Source of the DNA: Phaeosaccion multiseriatum
Taxonomy: Eukaryota > Protista > Ochrophyta, other classes
DNA length: 64,000 nucleotides
Direction: 5' to 3'
Assembly: GCA_965112735.1 (NCBI GenBank)
Contig: OZ218951.1
Coordinates: forward strand, 1,612,001-1,676,000
The notes under the pieces are model-generated. The model did not search any database and was not told the DNA's origin. It worked only from the letters and a program-made list of their open reading frames with translations. The first letter of the stretch is position 1, and each line of letters starts with the position of its first letter. Positions 40,220 through 52,500 of the stretch are shown one piece after another. The position numbers and the translations under genes are program-made.

Positions 40220-42088
40220 ATGGGGCTGTATGACAACTTGGCTGCCGCCAAGGGAGATGCCTCAGGCAATGGCAATGGCGCGAGCGGCAGCGGATCCACA
40301 GCTGCCACGACCCTCCGAGCTCCGAAACAAATCGGGACGGGAAGAGGAGGAGGAGGAAGTCACGGCTCATCGGCTGCAGCTTCCTCCAGCACTGCGTGGG
40401 CGTCTCAGCGAATGGGCAGCATGATGGCGGCGAGGAGACACGTCTCAGCAGCAGCCAAAAAGGTAGGACAATGGCCTGTACTTGTTGCCACTTTCCTCCC
40501 CTTAGACCAAGCACTCACTGCGCTTCGAATCGTGCTCTCTTTGTGGAACAGGCTACCGTGGCCTCCAAAACCCAGCCGCAATTACAGCAGCAGCAGCAGC
40601 AGCAGCAGCAGCCACCGCAGAGACAACCACGGAGGGCGCGATTTTCAGAGGCCTCTCAGCCAATTGCGGGCCTAGTGCAGCAACCAGAGAGCGACACCAG
40701 CGAGTCCGCGAGCAGCAGCGTGGAGGGCTTCCAAGACACGGCAGATCCGTACGACCCCGCCACGCCCAACGAGTACTTGGACTACTGCGAGGAGAGGCTC
40801 GAGGCGCAGAGGAGGAAGGAGAGGGAGAGGGAGTTGAAGCTGCTTATGGAGGAGCAGGAGGCGCAGCGCGCGAGGAGGGACAAGGAGAGGAGCGAGATTA
40901 TTCGCAAGATTCAGGAGGAGGCGGCGAATGCCAAGCTCGAGGGTCGGGCCATGGAGCTCGATCACGTCGCGGCGAGGGCGGGCGTTGCTGCCGCCGGTGG
41001 GAGGGGGGCAGGGAGGGGGAGGGGGAGGGGGCTTAGCAACCTGCCTGCTTGGATGACGGAGCAGCAGCAGGGACAGGGGCAAGGACAGTCTCACGCACCA
41101 GCGCCGGGAGGCCTCTCGGACCAGCACGGTAGGGCACCCATGAGCGTCGACAGCAGCCCCGACGCCAGTGGGCGGTTCGCTGACGCAGCGCAGCAGCAGG
41201 GCGGGCCTCCGAGTAGCGGTGGTACTGCAAGAGGTGGAGGAGGAGGAGGAGGAGAGGCAGGGGGTATGGAGTTTGCGGCAGGCTACATGGCCAAAATGGG
41301 CCATAAGGAGGGACAGGGGCTCGGCAGGGGAGGGCAGGGCATCAGCCAGCCGCTTGTAGCAGAGAACCACTCCGGTGGGAAGGGGAGTGTTCGCTTTGCC
41401 CAAGAGGATGCCAAGAAGCGAAGCGGAGGGGCAGGGGTGGGCATGCTCCCTCCCCCTGTTGGGTCCACCACGGCAACCCCCAAGAAGAAGGGCCTCTTTA
41501 GCAACCCGACGAGCGTGGTGCTGCTCAAGAATATGGTGGGCCCCGGCGAGGTAGACGCGGAGCTGGAGTTAGAGACCAAGGAGGAGTGCGAGAGGTAAGT
41601 CTCATGAGAGAGAGGGGAGGGAGGGAGGGAGGGAGGGAGGGAGTGGGGTGCTCTGTGGATGGAGTGGAATGGCCTCGCCACCTCGCCTCCCTCTTTCTCT
41701 GGTCCATCTTGTCTCCCTCTCTTGCCCCTCCCCTCCATCTCAACCCCGCCTCCCCCGTGTGTGTGTGTGTGTGTGTCTGTCTGCATGTGTGCGTGTGTGT
41801 GTGTGTGTACTTGGCCCGTGTGTGTATACCGTCCCGCCTGTGTGCAAATCAAATCGCCGCGCCAGGTACGGCCCGGTGAAGCGTGTGAAAGTGTTCGAGA
41901 GTAAAGGGCCGGGCGTGGTGCCGGAGGAAGCGGTACGAATCTTCGTGGCGTTTGAGAGGCAGGAGAGTGCCGTCAAGTGCTTTCTGGACATGAGCGGTCG
42001 CTTCTTCGGAGGCAGGCAGCTCACTACCATCTTTTACGACGAAGGGAGATTCGATAGAGAGGACTTGGCGCGGGGAGAGAAAGAGTGA
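40220..42088 (+). CDS. SPF45: Splicing factor 45 / DRT111-like (SPF45 motif, G-patch, UHM-type RRM); exons 40220-40462, 40552-41594, 41866-42088
   Basis: DPYDPATPNEY motif; G-patch YMAKMGHKEGQGLGRGGQGISQPL; VVLLKNMVGPGEVDAELELETKEECER/YG...VRIFVAF...GRFFGGR. Confidence 0.93.
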
Positions 42089-42817
42089 GGCTTCGTCCCT
42101 CTCCCGTGTATATGGAAGAGGGAGAGGGAGGGCGGGAGGGAGGGAGGGAGGGAGCCAAGGCAGTAGGCCAAGTTAGGCAGCGTGTTGTCTAAACGTCTTT
42201 CGTCTCAATTATAAGTCAGTGCACCACATGCAACCCCCACAACCCCTTCTATCATCAATATACACAAAACAAAAAACGCCTCCAAGAATTATTTATTTTA
42301 ATTCGTAATCAATTTTTTTAACTTAAGGATGCCACCCTGCCAAGCCAATAAACCCCTCTCCCCCTCTGGTACAACTGTAAGCGGCCGAGTGTCACACAAA
42401 CGTGGGGGGTGCTGTGCTGTGGCCCCTCCCCTGCCTGTCCCCTCCCCCCCCCCTTCCTCTCCCCTTCCTGTCCCCTCCCCCTCCGGTCCACATCACTCCC
42501 CCAACCATCAGAATCCGACAGCAAACAGCGCAAAAAGGGTTGATTCATGCGCCCATCCAACCTCCATCCATCCACAGCCATCCATCCATCCATCCATCCA
42601 CAGCCATCCATCCATCCATCCATCCATCCATCCAACCAACCAAAGCACGCCCTCCCCTCCGGCGGGGCCCAGACCAGTGAAACTCACACTCAAAATCGTC
42701 CCCACCTACCACACAAACAGCAGCGCAGCATAGCACAGCCGCTTTATGATCTGTGATGCCTATATGCTATAAGCCTCCTTACTCTGCCAGCTAATGACTG
42801 TACTATCAGTAGTATCA

Positions 42818-43164
42818 TCATGCCGATGCCCTTGCAGGAGGACCAGGCAGCCCCATGCTCATCTGCATGGCAACATGTTCACTCATGCCCATTCCAGCAC
42901 CCGGGCTGCGGCACAAATGGGATTGATCCATAATGTCCTTCATGAGGGGACAGAGCATTGGGGGGGAGGAGGAGGAGAGGAGGAGGAGGAGGAGGAGGAG
43001 GAGGAGGAGGAGGGGGGGGAGTGGTGAGGGAGAAACTGAACTCCGCATCAGTCAGTCTTGAGAAGAGAAGCACAGACCCGTGGTGTCGCGTTCTACAACG
43101 ATGGCACGCTTGCGCACGTGCACACACGCACACACGCCCGCACACACACACATACATACACACA

Positions 43165-43215
<51 letters not shown>

Positions 43216-46200
43216 GCTGTTCTTCGCTGAGCCTGCCTCGGAAGATTCCAGGCCCCACAAAAGCGCTGAGCTCGCCCACGCACGCGCCCGCGGCATGCCT
43301 CGCCAATTGGTGAGTTCCGGGGCGTTGCAGGGTGTCGAACAGACACTCGAGGAACAGGTCGAGGTGACGCTTGAACACCTTCGGTGCGGTGAGGGGCGTT
43401 GATGGGTGAGTTGAGGGGGGGAGGGGAGGGGGGTCAGTGAGGGGAGAGTGATGGGAATGCGTGATGGGGACATGTGAGTTACTGGGGTGGTTTGCAGGTC
43501 CCTTCGCCCCGGCGTCGGCAAGGCAGCCTCACATACAGCTCATTCTCCTCCACTCATCGCAGTGTTGATAGCCCACGCACCCACCTACACCCACCTACAC
43601 CCACCCCAACCCCTACCTGCCTACCTCACCCACCTACCTACCCAACTCAATCCACCCACCCCACCCACCCACCCCACCCAACGCACCCGCCCCACACACA
43701 TCCACACACCATCCACTAGCCCACCCACCCACCTACCCCACACACATCCACACACCATCCACTAGCCCACCCACCCACCTACCCCACCCACCCACCTACA
43801 CCCACCCACCTACCCACCTACCCCACCCACCCACCTACCCACCTACCCCACCCACCTACCCCACCCACCCACCTACCTTCTTGCCCAGCGCATGTGCCAT
43901 TGCCGGCAGCTGCTTCCACAGCGTCTCTCTCAGTGAGTCCGCTTGGGGGAAGTGCGTGAGGCTGCAGACCGCCACCGCCTCAGGGAAGAGCGAGATTGCC
44001 TGTTCCTGGACCTCCCCTCCTACCCCGCACAATTCCTTGATCATGTAGAGGGCGCCGTCGGAGAATTCCCAGGGAAGGGAGGCGCGAGAAACTTCGCAGT
44101 CAGAGCATCCGCCCTTCTTTACCTTGGCGCCCTGTGGTTGGTGGGGTTGGGGGTGGTTGGGTGGTAGGGTGGGTGGGAGTTGGGGTTGGTTGGTTGGTTG
44201 GTTGGTTGGGGCCTCTTCCCTCCTTCTCAACTATCAACCAACAACTAACAACCACCCGCAACCAACTCCCAAGCGAGCTCCCTCCCTTACCTTCTTGAGC
44301 TTGGGTGCCAGGGACCCACAACTGTACCGCTGCGTGTCCGTGTGCGTCTTGGGGTCGTTCTGTACGGCCTTGGCCTCCTCCGCGGTCTGGGCAGCTTGCT
44401 CTCGGGCCCTGGGGAGCGACTCCTTCAACCAAGCCATCACACGCTCCACTGCCTCTGAACCGTACGCTCTGAGCAAGTGTTGGTACAGCAAAAGGGAAGA
44501 GGCGAGGCGAGGAGGGGAGGGGGGGAGGAGAGGTACGCCACAGTTCAGACCAAAGGAGGTAGGGGTTCAGGACTCAGAACAGGGGTCTCCTGCTCCTCCT
44601 CCTCCTCCTCCTCCTCCTCCTCCTCCTCCTCCTCCTCCTCCTCCCCCTCCTCCTCCTCCTCCCTCCTCCTCTCTTCCTCCCTCCTCCTCCTCCCTCCTCC
44701 TCCTCCCCCCTCCTCCTCCCTCCTCCTTACTCACTTGCACACCGCCCCCAGCGCCACGGCACTGTCCTCCCTCACAGACCAAATGGGGTCTGACAGGTGA
44801 TGGAGCCACCTCTCGTAGAGCCTCTCCAGCTGAGGGCGGCACTCATCTGAGTAGGCCGCTGCGAAGCGTCCGCTCGCCACACAGGCGGCGTCGCGCACAG
44901 GCCAGCTCTCATCGTAGAAGCATAAGAGGAGGGCGTCCAGGAGCTGTTGTTGGGGAGGTGGGGGAGGGTTGAGAGCAGAGAGAGGAGAGAGGAGAAGGAA
45001 AGAGGGAGAAACACACACACACACACACACATGTAAAGAAAGAATTAGAGACAGAGAACGTGCGTGTTAGAGAGAGAGCAAGGGAGGGATACATAGACAG
45101 AGAGAGTGTGTGTAAGAGAGAGGAAGGGAGAGATACATACATAGACAGAGAGAGTGTGTGTAAGAGAGAGGAAGGGAGAGATACATACATAGACAGAGAG
45201 AGTGTGTGTAAGAGAGAGAGCGCCGCAGCAGGAGCAGTAGACAGGAGCAGTAGACATGATGGGTGCGTCGGGTAAGCAACACCCCCGCGCTCTTTCCCTT
45301 CTGCCTTCGCCCCCGCCTCTCACGTTCACTCACCTTGGCAACGTGAGGAGCCACGGCCTCGTGTGGCACTTTGACTGCCATCTCAGCGATGCTATGGCAT
45401 GCCGCCTCTCGCACCACGTGGTTGTCGGCGTCGCTGATGGTGGTATAGTATTCGGCAACCTGTCATGTCAGGACAGAGGTGTCGGGAAAGCGAGAGAGGG
45501 AAGCCATGGGTGTCAGAACACGTCTTGTGGTGTGTGTGTGTGCCTCTCTCTCCCTCTCTCCCTCCCCCCCTCTCTCTCTATGAGGCGACCACGCCACCTG
45601 GAAACTCGACAGATGATTCAAGAGAGCTCGAGGGAGCTGAGCGCCCCCCCTGGAGAGGAGCAGCACACGCACGCACCCACCACGCACGCACCCACGCATG
45701 CACGCACCTCGGCGGCGTACTTGGCGACGACGAAGCGTCCGTTGTCGCCCATGAACATTTGCCATGTCTCCTGCAGTGACAGTTACGGCAGTTACGGCAG
45801 CGATGGTGTATGGCAGCGGGGCAGTATAGGGGCAGTGGGGGAGATATGGGAACAGGGGGGGCGAGCGGGAGGGGGGCGGGGGAGAGAAGAGGGAGAGAGG
45901 GAGCAGACGAGAGGGAGGGAGAGAGGGGTGGAGACACGAGGAGGAGGAGGGTGAGGAGGAGGTCGAGGAGGACATCAAAACAGCAGAAATACAAGAGACT
46001 TCACCCCACCTCCCACTTCTCACCTCGCCCATCGAAAGCCATCTCCCCCCCCTGCCCCATGCAATACATGGAACACGCACGCACACACGCACGGACACGC
46101 ACACGCCCACGCACATACGCACCTGCGAGTACAGCTTGACCCCCTCGGCGAGGTAGTATCTGTTGAGGCACATCCTCGGCAGCAATACGGAGTAGTGCTG

Positions 46201-48681
46201 AGAGCGAGACTCCTCCGAGATGGCGCTCAGGAGGGCTCGGTTGGCCACGCTCGCAGCGAAGCGCACTTGGCTCCAATTGTCCTGCACATGGGAGGAGGAG
46301 GAGGGGGAGGAGGAGGAGGAGGAGGAGGAGGAGGAGGAGGAGGAGGAGGAGGAGAAAGAGAAGGAGGAGGAGGAGGAGGAGAAAGAGAAGGAGGAGGCAT
46401 TGGGGGGGGGGGAGGGAGAGGTTGGTGCGCGACGTGAGGTCCCTCCAGGCAGGCAAGCAATGCCAATGCCACACGCTTTGAAACGAAGGTATGTCAACAA
46501 AGGTGTATCAGCGAATGTGGTATGTGGGATGGAGAAAAAGGATGCAAAGGGTTCCCCTGCCCCCCCCCAAGCCCAAAACGTCCCTCTCTTGGGGCTGTAG
46601 TACGACCCGACCCGGCGTTCAACACCATCTCAACCCAACCCCCCTCACCCACCCACCCACCCACCCACCCATCTCTCATCCACCCACCCCTCAGCCACCC
46701 AACTCCACGCACGCACCTGCAGCCCACTGACAATAGCAGGCACGAAGATCTCCTCCAGTGCCGAAGCATCCGCCAGTGGAGCTACCCCCCCACCCTCCTC
46801 TCCCTCTCCCTCTGCGCGTCCCTCCAGCGGCCCTCCAACGTTAAGGATGGCGGCTATAATCTTGAAGGCGGCCTCTCGCACGTGTCTGTTGACGTGCTTG
46901 GTGGCCCCTGCTGTAACGAAGCCGCGCAGCTCCTCGGTGAGGTGTCCTCCCTCGAGGAAGGGACGTCCGATGGCGTCGACAAAGCCCTTGAGCGCCAGGA
47001 GAGACGTCTCCAGCGCCTTCCACCCTGTTTGTTTGTTTGTTTGTTTGTTTGATGGGTTGGTTGGTTAGTTGTGTGGGTTGTTTTTGTTGGTTGGTTGGGT
47101 AGTTGTTTGTTTGTTTGTTTGTTTGTTTGATGGGTTGGTTGGTTAGTTGTGTGGGTTGTTTGTTGGTTGGTTGGGTAGTTGTTTGTTTGTTTGTTTGTTT
47201 GTTTGATGGGTTGGTTGGTTAGTTGTGTGGGTTGTTTGTTGGTTGGTTGGGTAGTTGTTTGTTTGTTTGTTGTTTGTTTGATGGGTTGGTTGGTTAGTTG
47301 TGTGGGTTGTTTGTTGGTTGGTTGGGTAGTTGTTTGTTTGTTTGTTTGTTTGTTTGATGGGTTGGTTGGTTAGTTGTGTGGGTTGTTTTTGTTGGTTGGT
47401 TGGGTAGTTGTTTGTTTGTTTGTTCGTTTGTCTGTTTGTTTGTGTGTATGAGTGTTGTTCGTTTGCTTGTTGGGTTGGGTCGCAGTCGTATTTGGCGAAG
47501 AAGAGGAGTGCTTCCCACTCCGCTCCTCCCTCGACCCTCTACTTTATGCCCCCCCCCCCCCCTCCGCCTGCGCGTCCTCTCCAAATCGACCGGTTGAACG
47601 TTGAGAAGTACATCCCACTCCGCTCCTCCCTCGACCCTCTGCTTTCTGCCCCCTTCTGCCCCGCCACCGCCGAACCACTGCACCAGTGGTCTCTCTCTTT
47701 GTTTCTCTTTCCCTCCCTCTCTCCCTCTTCCTCTCCCCTCAGCCCCCCCCCCCCTCTCTCTCCCTCTCTCACCCTTCGCCCCCCCCCCCCCCCTACCCCT
47801 TCTCTCTCCCCTCCGCAACACCCTACCTGTGGTGTCGTCCACCGCAACATCTTGCGCCCCCTTGATGGCGTCTGCAATCACCTCCGTCTCTCTCTTCCAG
47901 TTACCCGCGATGCTGCCAGTGATGCGCTCCTTGAACTGCCATCCGAGTAAAGTACAGAGTGAGAGAGAGAGACAAGTATGATGAACATACACAAGTACTC
48001 AGGGGAATGGAAACGGTTCCACAACAAAATACTGACCGCTGCACAAGGTGGCGACAAGGGGGACAAGTGACACGCGAGGCGGCAAATCTCCCTTTCTCTC
48101 TCTCACACATACACACACTTACCTGATAGTACACGGCGAGCCCCCCTTTGGTGCTGTTGTCCGGCCCGCCCGCCCTCCTGTCCGCCTCCCTGGCCAGCGC
48201 CGCAAGCACGTCGACCACAAGAGTGCGCACTCGAGGCTCCGAGTGCTCCAAGTGCTCATCCGCGAGCGGGACGAGGGACTTTTCGAAAGGGGAGCTGGTT
48301 TTCATGGTGGGGCTGGAAAGGAGGCACTGGGGGGGGAAGCAAAAGGATCCTTAGCCATCATTTGTTGTGGCGTGGCCACAGGGCATCGAATCGGGGAGTT
48401 GGAATGGTCCCACTCACCTGGGCTAGCAGCAGCCCCACTGCGATGCTCTCCCACAGCTCGTCCGTCAGAAGCTTGCCCACAGTCTCTTCAACCGCCTCCG
48501 GCACCGCTTGCTGAGGCTGGCCCTCCCTGCCCCCCCCCTGCTGCTGCTGCTGCTGCTGCTGGAAGCACGCCAGGCAGCTCGCTTCGAGGAGGGTGTCTAC
48601 CAGACCGGTAAGGTGGGGATGCAAGGCGCCGTGCCGGCGCTTCAGTCCGAGCAGCGCCAGCTTTGGCGTAGAAAAATCCAT
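42818..48681 (-). CDS. Multi-exon HEAT/ARM-repeat protein; last exon tentative
   Basis: HEAT-like units HLEHSEPRVR, DNWSQVRFAASVA, YDESWPVRDAACVA, LSDPIWSVREDSAVALG, NHVVREAACHSIAE. Confidence 0.8.
47025..47445. repeat. Compound GTTT/GGTT intronic minisatellite
   Basis: Repeated unit of about 75 bp built from gtttgttt, gatgggttggttggttagttgtgtggg. Confidence 0.9.
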
Positions 48682-49557
48682 CTCGATCCGAATAATATAT
48701 CAAGCAAATGGATCTCTGGGTTGGGTGAGATTAGTGGCGCAGAGCCCTCCTCTACTTAGCTGCTGCCTAAAATCCTTGTCTTCACCTGTCTTTCTCAGCC
48801 CTCTCCCCTTTATTACAATGTATCAGCTGTTTATTTTTCACCCTGAAGCCTTTAACAACCCAGACCAAGTTTTATCAATTTCCCGAGGGGCGAGAATTTT
48901 CCAAGGGTGGGGCCTCTGACCAAAATTGACCTTCTGCCTCTTCTGACAGTGGAGAGCGACCCTGCCTCTCGTATAGACGCTCTCCTCCCTCTCATCTGCG
49001 GCAGCAGTCCCTCGTGCTTCGGCCGTCGGAGGACGTCTTCCGCTTGGGGCGAGAAGGGGTGAGTGAGGGACATGTTTGAGGTCAGCGTGAGGAGCAGGCA
49101 CGTGTAGGGGGGGGATGAAAAGGGAACATTGTCTCCAACTTGGGTGCAGGGATTCGGCTCAGACTTCGGGTGACAGGAAGGCCTCTCTGTGTCCCTATGC
49201 TTGCGCTGCAGCAGTATGGAGGAATGGTCCTTGGCCGCGTGTTATTGTTCCGCCTCATAAGTCTGGGGTAACTTACAGAGGTGATAGGCTGGCAAGAGGG
49301 TAGTAGTAGTAGTTGTATGTTGTTCTTAACCATGGGGATTGGGCGAAAATGCCGCGAGCTCGTCCTTCTACTCGTCGGCCTCGTGCACTCCCATCCTGTG
49401 AGCCGTACTGCACTCCCATCCTGTGAGGCGTACTGACCCCTATCATCTTCCGTCCCTTTCTTGTCCTGCAGAAGACACACACAGATCAAGGAGGCACTCA
49501 CTCGCTAGAGGCCCTCCTCAGTGGGCGGCGACCGTCGAAGGGCAAAGCGAGCCAAAC

Positions 49558-51510
49558 ATGGCGGAGGTGGTTAAGGGTCTCGTGGACGGTGCCGTGGGAT
49601 CTGTGGAGAAGGTGCGTGCCTCCGTGCAAGAGACGCCTTCTGAGCCTTCCTCACAGAGTATATGTTGATGCTGCGAAGGAAAGGACTGGGGGCACGTGGC
49701 AGAGCTGTACTACCGGGGTGGTGTGGCACTACTGGAGGGGTTGGGACAGTGACAGCCCTCTCGTCGGAAAGGAGTGAAGGTTGTGAAGTCTTGTGTTCCT
49801 TCCTGACAGGATGGGCGGAAGCAGAAAGGCATCCCACGCGCTCACTCACCCTCCTGCTCAACCCCCTTCTCCCCCCCACCTGCTCCACAGTTGGCAGACT
49901 ATGTGAGTGAGATGGAGCTCCCACCCTCCGTGAGCTCGTACGCAGGGGCGGGTGCGGCAGCTGTGAAGGAGCAGATGGCGGTAGTGAGGGACCAAGACCC
50001 CGTCATGGTCGGGGTGGCAGTGGCGGGGCTTGCGGTGGTGGCGACGGTGTCCTGCATGGCCTGCTGTGGGCGCAAAGCGTGTCGAGAAGGGGCAGAAAGA
50101 GGGAAAGGAAGCAGCGGGAGGGGGCTGGGAGGAGGAGGGGTAGCGAAGGGGGGTTCGGCAGCAGGAGCAAGCGGGGCTGGAGCGTCGACCGGCAAGAAGC
50201 GAAGCAAAAAGAACAAGGGGAGCAAGAAGAGTAACCCCACCTCGGAAGGGGTTGGACAAGGAGGGCAAGGAGCAAGTACTACTGGCGCTGCGGTTGTGGC
50301 TCAGAATGGGAGTCCAGCTGCTGTTCCCGCTACTCCTGCTGCTGCTGCTCCGGCTGCTGCTCCTGCTGCTGCTGCTGCTGTGACTGGAAAGTCAGCGAAA
50401 CAGGCCAAGAAGAAGAAGAAGAATGGAGCAGCAGCAGAGAGAGCGGTGGTGGCGGCAGGAGACAGCGGGGGAACGGAGCAGCAGGCGCTAGAGGAGCAGT
50501 ATATCATTGCAGAGGCAGCAGCAATCGAAGAGGCAGGTGCCTTCACAGAGGTCAAGAGGAAGAAGAAAAAGAAGAAGGCAGGAGGGGGGGGAGGTGGCAG
50601 CGGTGGGGAGGGCGAAGAGACTGCGGCTCCGTACTCGAGTCCTACAATGGACGATGCTATCAAGGCGAAGCAAAAGGACGGGATTTCTCCTGTACCTGCT
50701 GCTCAGGCCAGCCAAGGGGAAGAGCAGGCACAGCAGAGCGGAGGAGAAGGAGGAGGGGGAGGAGGAGGAGGAGGAGGAGGAGGAGGAGGAGGAGGGGGAG
50801 GGGAGGAGGAGGAGGAGGAGGAGGCGGAGACGCCCCCTTCACCAGCAGAAGTTGAAGCAGCTTCTCCCACACCAGTGCCAGTGCCCAGCGACTCTGCTGC
50901 CACTACAACATCCACCTCCACTACTTCTACCTCTGCCAGTGGTGGCAAGAAGGCGAAGGGCAGTAAGTCCAAAAGGAAGGGCTCAGCCGCAGCTGTGGAG
51001 GCTGCTGCCCTCCGCGCCTCCACGCCACCCCCTGCGGCGGCTCTGTATAGTTCGGGCATGACCGAGGATGAGGAGATTGCGGCGGCTGTGGCTGCGGTGG
51101 AGAGAGCGGCCGCGCCGGAGTGGGAGGTGAGGGGCTTGACCTGCGTATTTATCAAGAGGGGAGGGGAAGGGAGGTGTGAAAGTGGATCGTATTATTTATC
51201 TGCGTGTTTTGTTTTTATCCTCTCCATTCGCTGCCTGTTACAGACCGTCACGTACAAGAAGCCGCGGAAGGAGAAGAAGCCCAAAGAAGAGGAGGTGGCG
51301 GAGGCGGAGGGGGAGGGGGAGGGGGAGGCGAGTACCGACTTGAATGGGAGTGCAGCAGTGGAGCCGGAACAGGCCCCACCAGCGTCACCAGTAGCACCAG
51401 CAGCACCGGCAGCACCGGCAGCACCGGCAGCACCGGCAGCACCGGCAGCACCGGCAGCAACGGAGGAAGCTACCGGTGAGATTGAGAATGGCGCTCCTAC
51501 GGGATGGTAG
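49558..51510 (+). CDS. Hypothetical single-TM, Lys/Ala-rich low-complexity protein (3 exons)
   Basis: MAEVVKGLVDGAVGSVEK|gtgcgt; long open exon from 49891 with TM VMVGVAVAGLAVVATVSCMACC; phase-consistent splices. Confidence 0.6.
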
Positions 51511-52500
51511 TGGATGGTATAGTGTGGAGGAGAGCTTGTAGGCCCAGACACGGGGCTTTTGGGGAGGGGGAGGGGGATGGAAGGACAGGGTGTGGAAGGA
51601 GACCGTCCCACGCTGTGTTGGAGATTGAAGGGAGAGAAACGTCATTTTTACGGCAATTGTTTACGTATGGAGAAGGGGGAGGAGGAGGAGGAGGAGGAGG
51701 AGGAGGAGGAGGAATGGAGAGGGGTTACTCTGAAGGGGAGCAGGCGCCTATTGAATCAGGCGCCCCGGCGGTGGATACATGGATGGCGCGTGGGAGTGGG
51801 GTGGGGGGTTGGGGGTTGGACGAGCAGCACGGAGCAAAGATTTGTGCTATTTATTTAGACGGTATATTATGGGAGGAGGAAAGAGGAAATGGAGGGACGG
51901 GCAAAGACAACAGACAACGTTGTGGATGGTTGGGCCAGATTTGTGGTTTGATTTGATTTGCTTTGCCTGCCCAATGGCTCATGCCTCACGGGTGTAATTT
52001 TGAAAGAATCTGACACCGTATTATTATTGTTTTAAATTGTATTCGAACCTTGGCTGTGTACACATCACCCCCTCTTTTTTTCAACCCTCACTCTTTCCTA
52101 ATCCACTCGGGCGCAGGGGCGAGGCTTTGATGATTCCCTGGAGGGTTGCCCTCGCGCCCACCCTTGAATTAACCTACACTTTCAGGCTCAGCAGTAGCCT
52201 CAACCTACTGCCTCCACACCACCTAACCCCCGCCGAGCCCGGGGAACTTGGCTGGTCAGGCCGTAATTCAGCACCAAACACACTTTAATTTGAGTTTTAG
52301 TTTGTATCTCAATCCTCCCCTCCCCTCCCAACTTATTGCTCAAGCAGCTGCAGACGGCAGACGAGACGCAGGGGAGGGGCGGGGACGGAAGGACAGAGGT
52401 AAAGGGGAGGAGATGTAGAGCAGAGCACTATGTCCCTTTGAGCAGGCGACAAGGAGAGGAACGGGAAGATTCCGTTGGTTCCTCAAGCCTCCTCGCGAGC

